From assembly GCA_032718475.1 (NCBI GenBank), contig JAUCBJ010002187.1, positions 46,811-110,810 on the forward strand: DNA of 64,000 nt. Direction: 5' to 3'. The translations under genes were made by a program, and so were the position numbers. Source of the stretch: Nemertoderma westbladi (lineage: Eukaryota; Animalia; Xenacoelomorpha). A model generated the notes under the pieces. That model was not told the DNA's origin, did not search any database, and saw nothing but the letters and a program-made list of their open reading frames with translations. Positions 51,791 to 64,000 of this stretch are shown in pieces. Within the stretch, counting starts at the first letter, position 1. Every line of letters begins with the position of its first letter.

Positions 51791-54594
51791 TGAGGAGGTT
51801 TTTACTTTCAGACATTTCGCAATCTAGCGGCAGAATGGAGAACTGCAGACCGATCACCAACGCCTTGTGATGACACGTGGAACATAGAGGATAATATGCA
51901 ATAAAGCTAAGCCCTCTTCTCCATATCTTGAGCATTGAAATTAGTACTTCTTTTTCTATCACTACCGGCTGACCGGTACCTTACATATTGTCTTTTTATT
52001 GTAGATTTTATATTATCAAGTATCTACAAAAGGGGTAATTTCTTAATTAAGAAATAGGGGCTAAATGTGGCCTTCTCGAGCAATACAGCAATATCAGGCA
52101 TGGGCATGTCAGTATGTTTAATGTATATATACAGGCATAATCATATGTATAACAGTATGTTATTACATTGCCTATTACCTATTGCGTTTTGAATTTGGGT
52201 ACCGGTAATGAAAACTGCAAACTATAATTGTACCTTCCTGGACTAAAGTTACTAAACAAAATAAAACCTGAATAATCATTGAAAGCAAAAACATGGGAAC
52301 ACCTACAGTTGACAGTAATGTAATAAGACGACTAAAAAGTATTGCGTTGTGATTTATGCGATAAGAAGTATTCAAGACTGCAAGAACAAGAACCGGGCGA
52401 CAAAAATTAATATAAAGAGAAACGACAGCCAGACAGCGACACTATGCACTAAACCATTAAACCTGCAAAGCAAAAGATTGTACCACCGGTAGACGTACTC
52501 AAATTTATAAAGACTAATTATATTCAATATTCCAATCTACATTACCGGTACTGCATTAACTCCATGTAAAATAAGATCTGGCAGTCTGGAATAAAAGGAA
52601 CTTCTTCGAGTTACCAATATTCCATTCTCATTGACTGATTGACTCTGTGTCAAACAGGAATAACGTGATTGTTGCTGCTTAGTTATAGTTGGTAGTAGCA
52701 GCTTTCACGAACCACATTAATTGCTTTCCACAAAATGAAAAAAGGTAACTGGAAAAACACCACGACAAGTACGGTACCCAGGTACCGGTACGGCTGAACG
52801 GCAGTACGTACGGTACGGTCACGGTACCCCTCTGCCCGTTTGTTTAGGTATGTACCTTACAGCCTTACTGCAGCACTGTCTTACCTACATACCGGTACAT
52901 ATTAAAATTAGGCCTACCTACATACTTATACTTGGGTAGGCCTACTTATTTTTGTTTGTGATGTAAGTGTTAAAACTTAAAAGATTAGGGCCTAATGTCG
53001 TTTTTATAAAATTGACGTGTGTCAAAGTAATTATTCCCCTAACTTCTGAACTCACCATTACAATTTCGATTATATCACAAATCGAATGCATGTTAAATGT
53101 CGATATCCCGATATCGGTAGGCCTACCAGGTCAGCAAATCAGCAATTAATTACCAAACACGGTTTCGTTTACTGGTTTAGTTGAAATTTATCAGCTTTCA
53201 GCAGTTCAAGCTTTACACTTCTGTCTGTACCAGTACCTGGTACTTTATGTTGTTGTCTGTAGTTCGGCTGTTCTGTTCGGTACAGTAGTACCGGTAGTAT
53301 TGGAGGTAAACTGGCAGACTGGAGCTCTACAACCAAACAACTGTTAATGCAGCGCAGGGGTGTCAGACCGCAGGACTGTAGTCGTAGCGTCGTAGGCCTA
53401 CAGGCCTATACAGCTAGGCCTATATCTTTATTCAGTTATCGCTTCTTTGTCGGCGATATAAAGTAGAAGCGCTGATTACTGGATTACAACCAATTATACT
53501 GAATTAACTGATTAAATAATTTCTCCATATATCATACAAACAGTCTAGCAGCTCCAGTTAAAAAATAGGCTTATTACAGAATGCAGGTTGCAGATACCTA
53601 GTGCTGTAGGCCTACTACAGTACAGCTGTACCGGTATAGCTGTGAAGTGTGAACAACTAACAGCTGAACAGTAACAGTACCGGTAAGTTATTACTTGTAC
53701 AGTATGGCAGTACAGTATATGGTATTGAAGCTTTGACCGGAAGTCAGGTAGGCCTAATTGATAGATTGATTTTTTTAACACTATAAGTAACGTACAAAGT
53801 TTACAGCATCATTAATAAAAGAAGGTGGATTGGACAAAGAAAACATGGACAATGGACAGACCAATCACGGGCGATTTGTGTCACACAGCATGTCCACCTT
53901 TTTCAGCTTTTGTTGTACACCATTTTCAAATTTGAATAAGGTGGACTGGGTTGAGAAAGAACAGGCCATGAATTGACCAATCAGACTGATTTGAACATTA
54001 TAGCAGCTCTGTCCACGTTTTTCAAAAAATTTCAGAAGGTTTTTATGGATTATTATTGTTATTATTATCCCATACTTACTGTGACCAACCGAAGTTGTCG
54101 AAATAGGCCTAGTTCAATAATATGGGGCGAGCCACGAAGTCTGTGAGCTGAGCCTTACAGCCTTTAGCATCAATATTGGAACGTCAATATTCTAACTCAT
54201 TACAGTATACAGTTAATTATAATAACTACCTATTGTACTGTGGGGGAAATATAATATGCTTTATTTACCGTTCATCCCGAGAGCTGTTATTAAACGACCG
54301 AGCGCAGCGAGGGAGGTAAATAAGTCCCCATATTTTGGGAGTGGCGGTCTGAAACCCTAATTCAAAGTGGAAATGGAGGCCCAAAACCTTAATTGAAACT
54401 GTCATATGTAACTCCAACCTTAAATATTTTGGATCCTAAATTCCTCAAAATTTCTTAAATTAGAGCATCGGGACTTTAAGGTTATAGGGTTACTAATGAG
54501 AGTTTTAATTAGGGTTTGGGCCTGACCAACTAACCCAACCACAAAAATAAACCAATAAATCCAAGTTAAAGTGCTGTACGGTACGCTAGACATA

Positions 54595-54670
54595 ATAAAT
54601 AATAATAATAAAATAAACTTGTATAGCGCCAAATTTACAATAATAAAACAGTACGCTAAGGCGCTTAAGT
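54595..54670 (-). mobile_element. L2-type LINE/SINE 3' tail
   Basis: AAGCGCCTTAG...GGCGCTATACAAGT stem-loop followed by (TTA)n on the minus strand. Confidence 0.6.
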
Positions 54671-54949
54671 CACTATCTAGAGATATTGGGGTTATCCATA
54701 CACTGTAACATAATAATAGATAGAATAATAGAGTAGGATAGAGTAGGAATAGATAGAATAATAGAATAGGATATAGACCTACTATTATTATACTGTAAGT
54801 CTATAGGGGGGCAATCCGCGCGGGGGGGGGGGGGGGGTAGATACGCATAGGACACCGGCAGCATTCTTAATGCAGCTGCAAATATGCAAATAGTGTACAA
54901 TAGGAATCGCGTAATTTTCTTGAAATTAATATCTCACATATCTCTCCAA

Positions 54950-54992
54950 ACCACGTACGCGTTTCGACCTTACTGGGTCTCATCAGCGTGGT
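54950..54992 (-). ncRNA. Minimal type I hammerhead ribozyme
   Basis: ACCACG-CUGAUGA-GACC(CAGUAA)GGUC-GAA-ACGCGU-A-CGUGGU: complete core, stems I and II, palindromic stem III, GUA cleavage triplet. Confidence 0.88.
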
Positions 54993-55893
54993 GTCGGATT
55001 CGACCGCCAACATTTCGCTTGCCAACACATTGTTACTATCAATAATAAAAAATTTACAAAGACGTACTTTAAATAAAATAATATACTTACAGGAAGATAA
55101 TTACATAAGCATCGATTTCAAAGTACAGTAGAAGAAAATACAGTATGTCGAAAAAAGTACAATATATTAATAAAAATATTAAATAATAAGACAAATAAAT
55201 TAATTTACGGTGCTAAACAAGTCTAATAAATCATACAATTGTCGAGTTATTATGTTACAGTGTATGGATAACCTCATGAGGTGCCTGTCTCGTTTCCATG
55301 AGGGTCCAAAAATTAGTTTCTATCGACACCGTTATAATAGAGATTAATAGTTTAAAACGATCGAGTTAAAAAGGTTGGGTTAATACGTATTGTGGTAATT
55401 AGTTAAAAACGAATTATCAGTACGTTAGTTAAAAGATAATTATCAGATAAAAACCAGAGTAGGGCAAACTGCAAAGTGAAATTATTTAAAAATATGCAAA
55501 GATTGAGTAAGATAAGATGAGGTAGATAAAGTTTGTTTTCAAATGTCATTATCCATCCGGGTGGTTAGAACATACTTTTTATGATTGTGTTTGAAAGAGA
55601 CCAGGTTTTGAGAGCATTGGATATCTGCAGGTAGTTTGCTCAATAACTTGGGCCCCATGTAGCTGAAACTCAACTGGCCTGTTAGCTCGCTCCATAACTT
55701 GGGACCCATGTAGCTGAAACTCAACTGGCCTGTCAGTTCGCTCCATAACTTGGGACCTTGGGACATCTGTAATTAATACTGGCCAATCATAATTAGGCAA
55801 ATAATCGAACAGAAGTGTTATTAGTTAGTAGCTCTCCCCCTTTGTTACCAGTAAGCCAATCCCATGTACTTTTACTATATATTTAATAGGTTG

Positions 55894-57245
55894 CCCAGTA
55901 ATTCTTAACTCCCGTTTGTTATTTTGGTTCCCCATTATTGTGGTAAGTAAACCTGTTCCCTTTATCAACATGCTTGATATACTGTAATAATGTAAAGGTA
56001 ATGTACTGTAGGCTAGGTGAGATAAATAATGACAACATAAAACTACTGTAATAACTTAAGGAACTACATTATGTAGGCATACTTATAGTATGTAGGCACC
56101 CCCCCCCCCCCCCCCCCACCCGTAGTTTTAGCCCCTGTACAGTAGTACTCATTTCCCAAAGTTATTACAGTACATAGTTTTATGTTGTCATTATTTATCT
56201 CACCTGGCCTACAGTACAGTACCAATACATATTATAAATCATGTGGCATTTTTATTAAATTGTACGTGTGTATGGTGATATTTTCACACGTTTTCTTAGG
56301 CTTCCAGGTTGAATTTGTTTAATTCGCTATAAAACGCCATTAAAAAGTCTACTGATATACTGTAGCTGTTAATTACCGGTAACTGCTACAGTAGGCCCTA
56401 CACTTATTAATGGTAAAAAAATCTTACAGACAAAATACATCAAAGGCATACATTTTATGAGATGCATCAACATAATTTCAATGTTTTTTTTTACTATATT
56501 CTAGAATATTAATTCGCTTTTTTGCGATAATAATTAATAAAATATATATAAACTAATAATAAAAATATATATAATAATAAAATAATAAAATATCATAAAA
56601 AATAATAAACCATCAATAATAATTAATAAGATTAATTAAATTAATTAAAAGCTTGAAATTAATATTTAGATAATAAAATCATCAGAACTATAACGATTTA
56701 CGTCTGAAATTGCGTGCTCTTGAATTATATCTGAACATTTTTTTGGGGAAATTGAAAATGGTTTTCATATTAGATTCGGAATATCAAGTATATTAAAAAA
56801 AAAAAATAAAATGGACTCGTTTTAACAATTGTAAACTGTTAAAACTATGTAAACTGTAGCGAAATAATAAAAAAAATAAAAATTATGCGGTAAACATTCG
56901 TATAACATTCGTAAAACATTCGTAACGCATTCGTATAGCGTGGGAAACATTCGTATATAACATGCGGCACGCATTCGTATAGGTTGCGGGAAACATTCGT
57001 ATAAGATTAGGGACGCATTCGTATAGTGTTCGGGAAACATTCGTATAAGATTAGGGGCGCATTCGTAGAATGTGCGGGATTCGAATACGGTTCGTATTAG
57101 ATTCGATATGCGAATAAAGGATGCGTATTTGGTTCGGTTTTCGAATTCGTATCGCATGGTTCATCTATGTAACATTTCAGAATGCGTTACGAATGCGTGA
57201 AATATGCGCCATCCCATGCGTTACGAATGCGGATTTTTTACTGGG
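55894..57245. mobile_element. Insertion in the 51-bp array with possible CCCAGTAA...TTACTGGG ends, subterminal CATTCGTA repeats (56890-57235) and an internal foldback (~55995-56225)
   Basis: Unrelated AT-rich DNA separates array units; only an 8-bp terminal match, and the left boundary may be ~55757. Confidence 0.45.
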
Positions 57246-60200
57246 AACTTGGGACCCATGTAGCTGAAACTCAACTGGCCTGTCATACAGGTAGTTCGCT
57301 CCATAACTTGGGACCCATGTGGATATCTGCAGATAGTTCGCTCAATAACTTGGGAACCATGAAGCTGAAACTCAACTGGCCTGTCAGTTCGCTCCATAAC
57401 TTGGGACCCATGTAGCTGAAACTCAACTGGCCTGTCATACAGGTAGTTCGCTCCATAACTTGGGACCCATGTGGATATCTGCAGATAGTTCGCTCAATAA
57501 CTTGGGAACCATGAAGCTGAAACTCAACTGGCCTGTCAGTTCGCTCCATAACTTGGGACCCATGTAGCTGAAACTCAACTGGCCTGTCAGTTCGCTCCAT
57601 AACTTGGGACCCATGTAGCTGAAACTCAACTGGCCTGTCAGTTCGCTCATAACTTGGGACCCATGTAGCTGGAACTCAACTGGCCTGTCAGATCGCTCCA
57701 TAACTTGGGACCCATGTAGCTGAAACTCAACTGGCCTGTCATACAGGTAGTTCGCTCCATAAATTGGGACCCATGTAGCTGAAACTCAACTGGCCTGTCA
57801 TACAGGTAGTTCGCTCCATAACTTTAGCACCATGTAGCTGAAACTCAACTGGCCTGTCATACAGGCAGTTCGCTCCATAACTTCGGACCCATGTGGATAT
57901 CTGCAGGTAGTTCGCTCCATAACTTGGGACCCGTAGCTGAAACTCAACTGGCCTGTCATACAGGTAGTTCGCTCCATAACTTGGGACCCATGTAGCTGAA
58001 ACTCAACTGGCCTGTCAGTTCGCTCCATAACTTGGGACCCATGTAGCTGAAACTCAACTGGCCTGTCAGTTCGCTCCATAACTTGGGACCCATGTAGCTG
58101 AAACTCAACTGGCCTGTCAGTTCGCTCCATAACTTGGGACCCATGTAGCTGGAACTCAACTGGCCTGTCAGTTCGCTCCATAACTTGGGACCCATGTAGC
58201 TGAAACTCAACTGGCCTGTCAGTTGGCTCCATAACTTGGGACCCATGTAGCTGAAACTCAACTGGCCTGTCAGTTCGCTCCATAACTTGGGACCCATGTA
58301 GCTGGAACTCAACTGGCCTGTCAGATCGCTCCATAACTTGGGACCCATGTAGCTGAAACTCAACTGGCCTGTCATACAGGTAGTTCGCTCCATAAATTGG
58401 GACCCATGTAGCTGAAACTCAACTGGCCTGTCATACAGGTAGTTCGCTCCATAACTTTAGCACCATGTAGCTGAAACTCAACTGGCCTGTCATACAGGCA
58501 GTTCGCTCCATAACTTGGGACCCATGTGGATATCTGCAGGTAGTTCGCTCCATAACTTGGGACCCGTAGCTGAAACTCAACTGGCCTGTCATACAGGTAG
58601 TTCGCTCCATAACTTGGGACCCATGTAGCTGAAACTCAACTGGCCTGTCAGTTCGCTCCATAACTTGGGACCCATGTGGATATCTGCAGGTAGTTCGCTC
58701 CATAACTTGGGACCCGTAGCTGAAACTCAACTGGCCTGTCATACAGGTAGTTCGCTCCATAACTTGGGACCCGTAGCTGAAACTCAACTGGCCTGTCATA
58801 CAGGTAGTTCGCTCCATAACTTGGGACCCATGTAGCTGAAACTCAACTGGCCTGTCAGTTCGCTCCATAACTTGGGACCCGTAGCTGAAACTCAACTGGC
58901 CTGTCATACAGGTAGTTCGCTCCATAACTTGGGACCCATGTAGCTGAAACTCAACTGGCCTGTCAGTTCGCTCCATAACTTGGGACCCATGTAGCTGAAA
59001 CTCCACTGGCCTGTCATACAGGTAGTTCGCTCCATAACTTGGGACCCATGTAGCTGAAACTCCACTGGCCTGTCAGTTCACTCCATAACTTGAGACCCAT
59101 GTAGCTGGAACACAACTGACCTATCAGTTCGCTCCATAACTTGGGACCCATGTAGCTGAAACTCAACTGGCCTGTCAGCTCGCTCCATAACTTGGGACCC
59201 ATGTAGCTGAATCTCAACTGGCCTGTCAGGTCGCTCCATAACTTGAGACCCATGTAGCTGGAACTCAACTGGCCTGTCAGTTCGCTCCATAACTTGAGAC
59301 CCATGTAGCTGGAACTCAACTGGCCTGTCAGTTCGCTCCATAACTTGGGACCCATGTAGCTGAAACACAACTGACCTATCAGTTCGCTCCATAACTTGGG
59401 ACCCATGTAGCTGAAACTCAACTGGCCTGTCAGCTCGCTCCATAACTTGGGACCCATGTAGCTGAATCTCAACTGGCCTGTCAGGTAGCTCCATAACTTG
59501 GGACCCATGTAGCTGAAACTCAACTGGCCTGTCATACAGGTAGTTCGCTCCATAACTTGGGACCCATGTGGATATCTGCAGGTAGTTCACTCCATAACTT
59601 GGGACCCATGCAGCTGAAACTCAACTGGCCTGTTATACAGGTAGTTCGCTCCATAACTTGGGACCCATGTAGCTGAAACTCAACTGGCCTGTCAGTTCGC
59701 TCCATAACTTGAGACCCATGTAGCTGGAACTCAACTGGCCTGTCAGTTCGCTCCATAACTTGGGACCCATGTAGCTGAAATTCAACTGGCCTGTCAGTTC
59801 GCTCCATAACTTGGAACCCATGTAGCTGAAACTCAACTGGCCTGTCAGTTCGCTCCATAACTTGGGACCCATGTAGCTGAAATTCAACTGGCCTGTCAGT
59901 TCGCTCCATAACTTGAGACCCATGTAGCTGGAACTCAACTGGCCTGTCAGTTCGCTCCATAACTTGGGACCCATGTAGCTGAAATTCAACTGGCCTGTCA
60001 GTTCGCTCCATAACTTGGAACCCATGTAGCTGAAACTCAACAGGCCTGTCAGTTCGCTCCATAACTTGGAACCCATGTAGCTGAAACTCAACTGGCCTTT
60101 CAGGTCGCTCCATAACTTGGGACCCATGCAGCTGAAACTCAACTGGCCTGTTATACAGGTAGTTCGCTCCATAACTTGGGCCCCATGTAGCTGAAACTCA

Positions 60201-62358
60201 ACTGGCCTGTCAGTTCGCTCCATAACTTGGGACCCATGTAGTTGAAACTCAACTGGCCTGTCATACAGGTAGTTCGCTCCATAACTTGGGACCCATGTAG
60301 CTGAAACTCAACTGGCCTGTCAGTTCGCTCCATAACTTGGGACCTAGTAGCTGAAACTCAACTGGCCTGTCATACAGGTAGTTTGCTCCATAACTTGGGA
60401 CCCATTTAGCTGAAACTAACTGGCCTGTCAGTTCGCTCCATAAATTGGGACCCATGTGGATATCTGCAGGTAGTTCGCTCCATAACTTGGGACCCATGTA
60501 GCTGAAACTCAACTGGCCTGTCAGTTCGCTCCATAACTTGGGACCCATGTAGCTGGAACTCAACTGGCCTGTCAGATCGCTCCATAACTTGGGACCCATG
60601 TAGTTGAAACTCAACTGGGCTGTCATACAGGTAGTTCGCTCCATAACTTGGAACCCATGTAGTTGAAACTCAACTGGCCTGTCATACAGGTAGTTCGCTC
60701 CATAACTTTAGCACCATGTAGCTGAAACTCAACTGGCCTGTCATACAGGCAGTTCGCTCAATAACTTGGGACCCATGTGGATATCTGCAGGTAGTTCGCT
60801 CCATAACTTGGGACCCGTAGCTGAAACTCAACTGGCCTGTCAGTTCGCTCCACAAATTGGGACCCATGTGGATATCTGCAGGTAGTTCGCTCCATAACTT
60901 GGGACCCATGTAGCTGAAACTCAACTGGCCTGTCAGTTCGCTCCATAAATTGGGACCCATGTGGATATCTGCAGGTAGTTCGCTCCATAACTTGGGACCC
61001 ATGTAGCTGCAACTCAACTGGCCTGTCAGATCGCTCCATAACTTGGGACCCATGTAGCTGAAACTCAACTAGCCTGTTATACAGGTAGTTCGCTCCATAA
61101 CTTGGGACCCATGTAGCTGAAACTCAACTGGCCTGTCAGTTCGCTCCATAAATTGGGACCCATGTGGATATCTGCAGGTAGTTCGCTCCATAAATTGGGA
61201 CCCATGTAGCTGAAACTCAACTGGCCTGTCAGATCGCTCCATAACTTGGGACCCATGTAGTTGAAACTCAACTGGCCTGTTATACAGGTAGTTCGCTCCA
61301 TAACTTGGGCCCCGTGTAGCTGAAACTCAACTGGCCTTTCAGTTCGCTCCATAACTTGGGACCCATGTAGCTGAATCTCAACTGGCCTGTCATACAGGTA
61401 GTTCGCTCCATAACTTGGGACCCATGTAGCTGAAACTCAACTGGCCTGTCATACAGGTAGTTTGCTCCATAACTTGGGACCCATTTAGCTGAAACTCAAC
61501 TGGCCTGTCAGTTCGCTCCATAAATTGGGACCCATGTGGATATCTGCAGGTAGTTCGCTCCATAACTTGGGAGCCTGTCAGTTCGCTCCATAACTTGGGA
61601 CCCATGTAGCTGGAACTCAACTGGCCTGTCAGATCGCTCCATAACTTGGGATCCATGTAGCTGAAACTCAACTGGCCTGTCATACAGGTAGTTCGCTCCA
61701 TAAATTGGGACCCATGTAGCTGAAACTCAACTGGCCTGTCAGATCGCTCTATAACTTGAGACCCATGTAGCTGAAACTCAACTGGCCTGTTATACAGGTA
61801 GTTCGCTCCATAACTTGGGACCCATGTAGCTGAAACTCCACTGGCTTGTCAGTTCGCTCCATAACTTGGGACCTATGTAGCTGAAACTCAACTGGCCTGT
61901 CAGTTCGCTCCATAACTTGGGACCCATGTAGTTGAAACTCAACTGGCCTGTCATACAGGTAGTTCGCTCCATAACTTGGGACCCATGTAGCTGAAACTCC
62001 ACTGGCTTGTCAGTTCGCCCCATAACTTGGGACCCATGTAGCTGAAACTCCACTGGCTTGTCAGTTCGCTCCATAACTTGGGACCTATGTAGCTGAAACT
62101 CAACTGGCCTGTCAGTTCGCTCCATAACTTGGGACCCATGTAGCTGAAACTCAACTGGCCTGTCATACAGGTAGTTCGCTCCATAAATTGGGACCCATGT
62201 GGATATCTGCAGGTAGTTCGCTCCATAACTTGGGACCCATGTAGCTGAAACTCAACTGGCCTGTCAGTTCGCTCCATAACTTGGGACCCATGTAGCTGAC
62301 ACAGGTAGTTCGCTCCATAACTTGCGACCCATGTAGCTGAAACTCAACTGGCCTGTCA
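57246..62358. repeat. 51-bp-based minisatellite with ~40- and ~61-bp variants inside the LINE ORF2 C-terminus; two further units at 55630-55757
   Basis: Unit GTTCGCTCCATAACTTGGGACCCATGTAGCTGAAACTCAACTGGCCTGTCA, reading TGQLSFSYMGPKLWSEL on the minus strand. Confidence 0.97.
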
Positions 62359-64000
62359 CAGTGTTTCGAAGCGGAATCGTGACTCTTTCGGCAGACCCCT
62401 GTAGCCAATAGCAACCTTCTTCGAAGTGAATCAGATCAGCAATACTGTAGGTATGAGGGCGACAGTCCGTACTGTATCTTATACGATACATGTGCGATAA
62501 TACCATCGACTCCAATCTTTCTTTTACAGGAATGCAGTTTATTGCAACAAAATGCGAAGCGTTGATATGAACCCTTGGACCGAGCCCCAGGCAGAACCGT
62601 ATGCATTTTCGTTGCAAAGCTTCCAGACGCACCCGAGTAGCCTGTGTTATCGAGAAAAAACAGATAGCGGCATAATCCAGAAGCGGTTGTATTATTGTAT
62701 TACACAGTAGTCTACGCAAGGGTCTGTCCCAGATTGGTCCATTTCGATATAATAATTTAAGTCTAGCGTTCCCCTTCCTCACTGTCTTGAGGCCCATTTC
62801 TTCACCACTCAACTTGCTGTTTAAAATTGAGCCCAAGAAAGACACTGTTGTATTTCGAGTTATGGTGTTTCCCTGGCACTCTAAAGTGAAGTCATGTTCT
62901 AGATTCAGGGCGGACAGTCGCTGGTGTGACCGAAATATTATGCATTCTTTCTGTCTTATCAAAATTTATAGTAAGTTTATTTTCCACACTCCACTCCGAT
63001 ACTCTTTCCATGGCCCCATGTAACGACTTACATATATCCTTTTATTAATTATCCCCTGATTTTAGCAGCCTGATGTCATCAGCAAATTTAGGAGGCAGTG
63101 CATCGACCTATATTACTTGGTCGAAGTCGTTGGAGCCAACACCAAAACCCAGAACACCAAATATGGATCCTTGAGGCATTCCATTGTCCACCTCCAAAGT
63201 AGATGAATGATTCATACCAATTACAACGAACTGTATGACGAGATCCATTCTTGGGTAGATTTTGATGCTCCGATTGCTCTGAATTTGTCAATTAGAATGC
63301 TGTGGTTTACTGTATCGAACGCCTTTCTGTAATCAATCAAGACCATTGCCGTGAGTTTACCATTATCGATACATGTCCTTATGAAATCATCAGTTACCAG
63401 TGCAGTCTCGGTGGAGTAGCCTGGCCGAAAGCCTGATTGGTACTTGTTTATGAGGTTTCTACTTGTCGTATTCCATAATGCTGTACTGTAAAATATACTG
63501 TACCCTTTCGATAATTTTTGATACTATTGGTGGTAGAGAAATAGGTCCGTAGTTCCCCGAATCTGTTGTAATACCTTTTTTTATACAGTGGGATTAACCA
63601 ATACTATTTTGTATATGTTTGGGAATGTAGCTGTTGATATAGATAGGTTTACCAAGTCGGTTACTGGGGAAGCAAGAACGTCCATTGCAGCAGCCAATGC
63701 AACACCTGGAGGAATCTCGTCAGGGCCTGTAGCATTGTTGGAGTTTATGTTCTGGAAAATTTTTGTTACATCTGCTATGCTAACTTTAGATAATTGAAGG
63801 TCGTTTTCACAGACACCCAGATTTGAGTAGTTTTCCTGAGTTGATTGTGTTCCATACTTCCCAGTGGCAGGTGGCATTGATGACACTAAGTTATCTGCGA
63901 TGCTGGTGAAATATGTATTAAATTCTTCACAAATGCGACTTTCATCGTAGCAAACATCCTTTTCTATTTGTAGTCCATTTATCCTGTTTGGATTTCCTTT

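Larger units (their letters stand above)
55245..64000 (-). mobile_element. Decayed L2/CR1-group (L2/Crack-like) LINE ORF2 and 3' UTR, running off the window edge
   Basis: NYGPISLPPIVSKIIER, YQSGFRPGYSTETAL, LIDYRKAFDTVNHSIL, PQGSI, FADD, IIQPLLDY, SFSYMGPKL..LP...SFK; frameshifts; 3' hairpin GGACCCTCATG...CATGAGGTTATCC at ~55265-55307. Confidence 0.88.

Noticed and set aside
57246-62358. Repeat protein (TGQLSFSYMGPKLWSEL)n
   Set aside because: Frequent frame-breaking 40- and 61-bp variants with stops, and the parent LINE ORF2 is already frameshifted.

Overview
AT-rich eukaryotic (most likely animal) genomic DNA with spliceosomal introns and dense transposon debris. I can support one host gene, on the minus strand: a TATDN2-type TatD nuclease. 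It has 6 confidently spliced exons (2378-17649) plus a probable first coding exon (21817-21951), giving about 2,983 aa. Its 8.1-kb exon encodes an array of 11 tandem CCCH+CCHC double zinc-finger modules and 4 retroviral-type zinc knuckles upstream of an apparently intact nuclease domain. Three large tandem arrays each grew in place from coding DNA: ~78 copies of a 24-bp unit that is the TATDN2 exon end plus its 5' splice site, a 13.7-kb 41-bp satellite inside an RTE reverse-transcriptase relic, and a ~5-kb 51-bp array copying the C-terminal motif of an L2/CR1-group LINE. Also present are Penelope-like relics, a minimal hammerhead ribozyme, RTE copies (one with ~200-bp flanking duplications), a tRNA-derived SINE and several MITEs; MITEs with different termini share one ~70-bp internal module. 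No database searches were run, so family assignments rest on recognised motifs.
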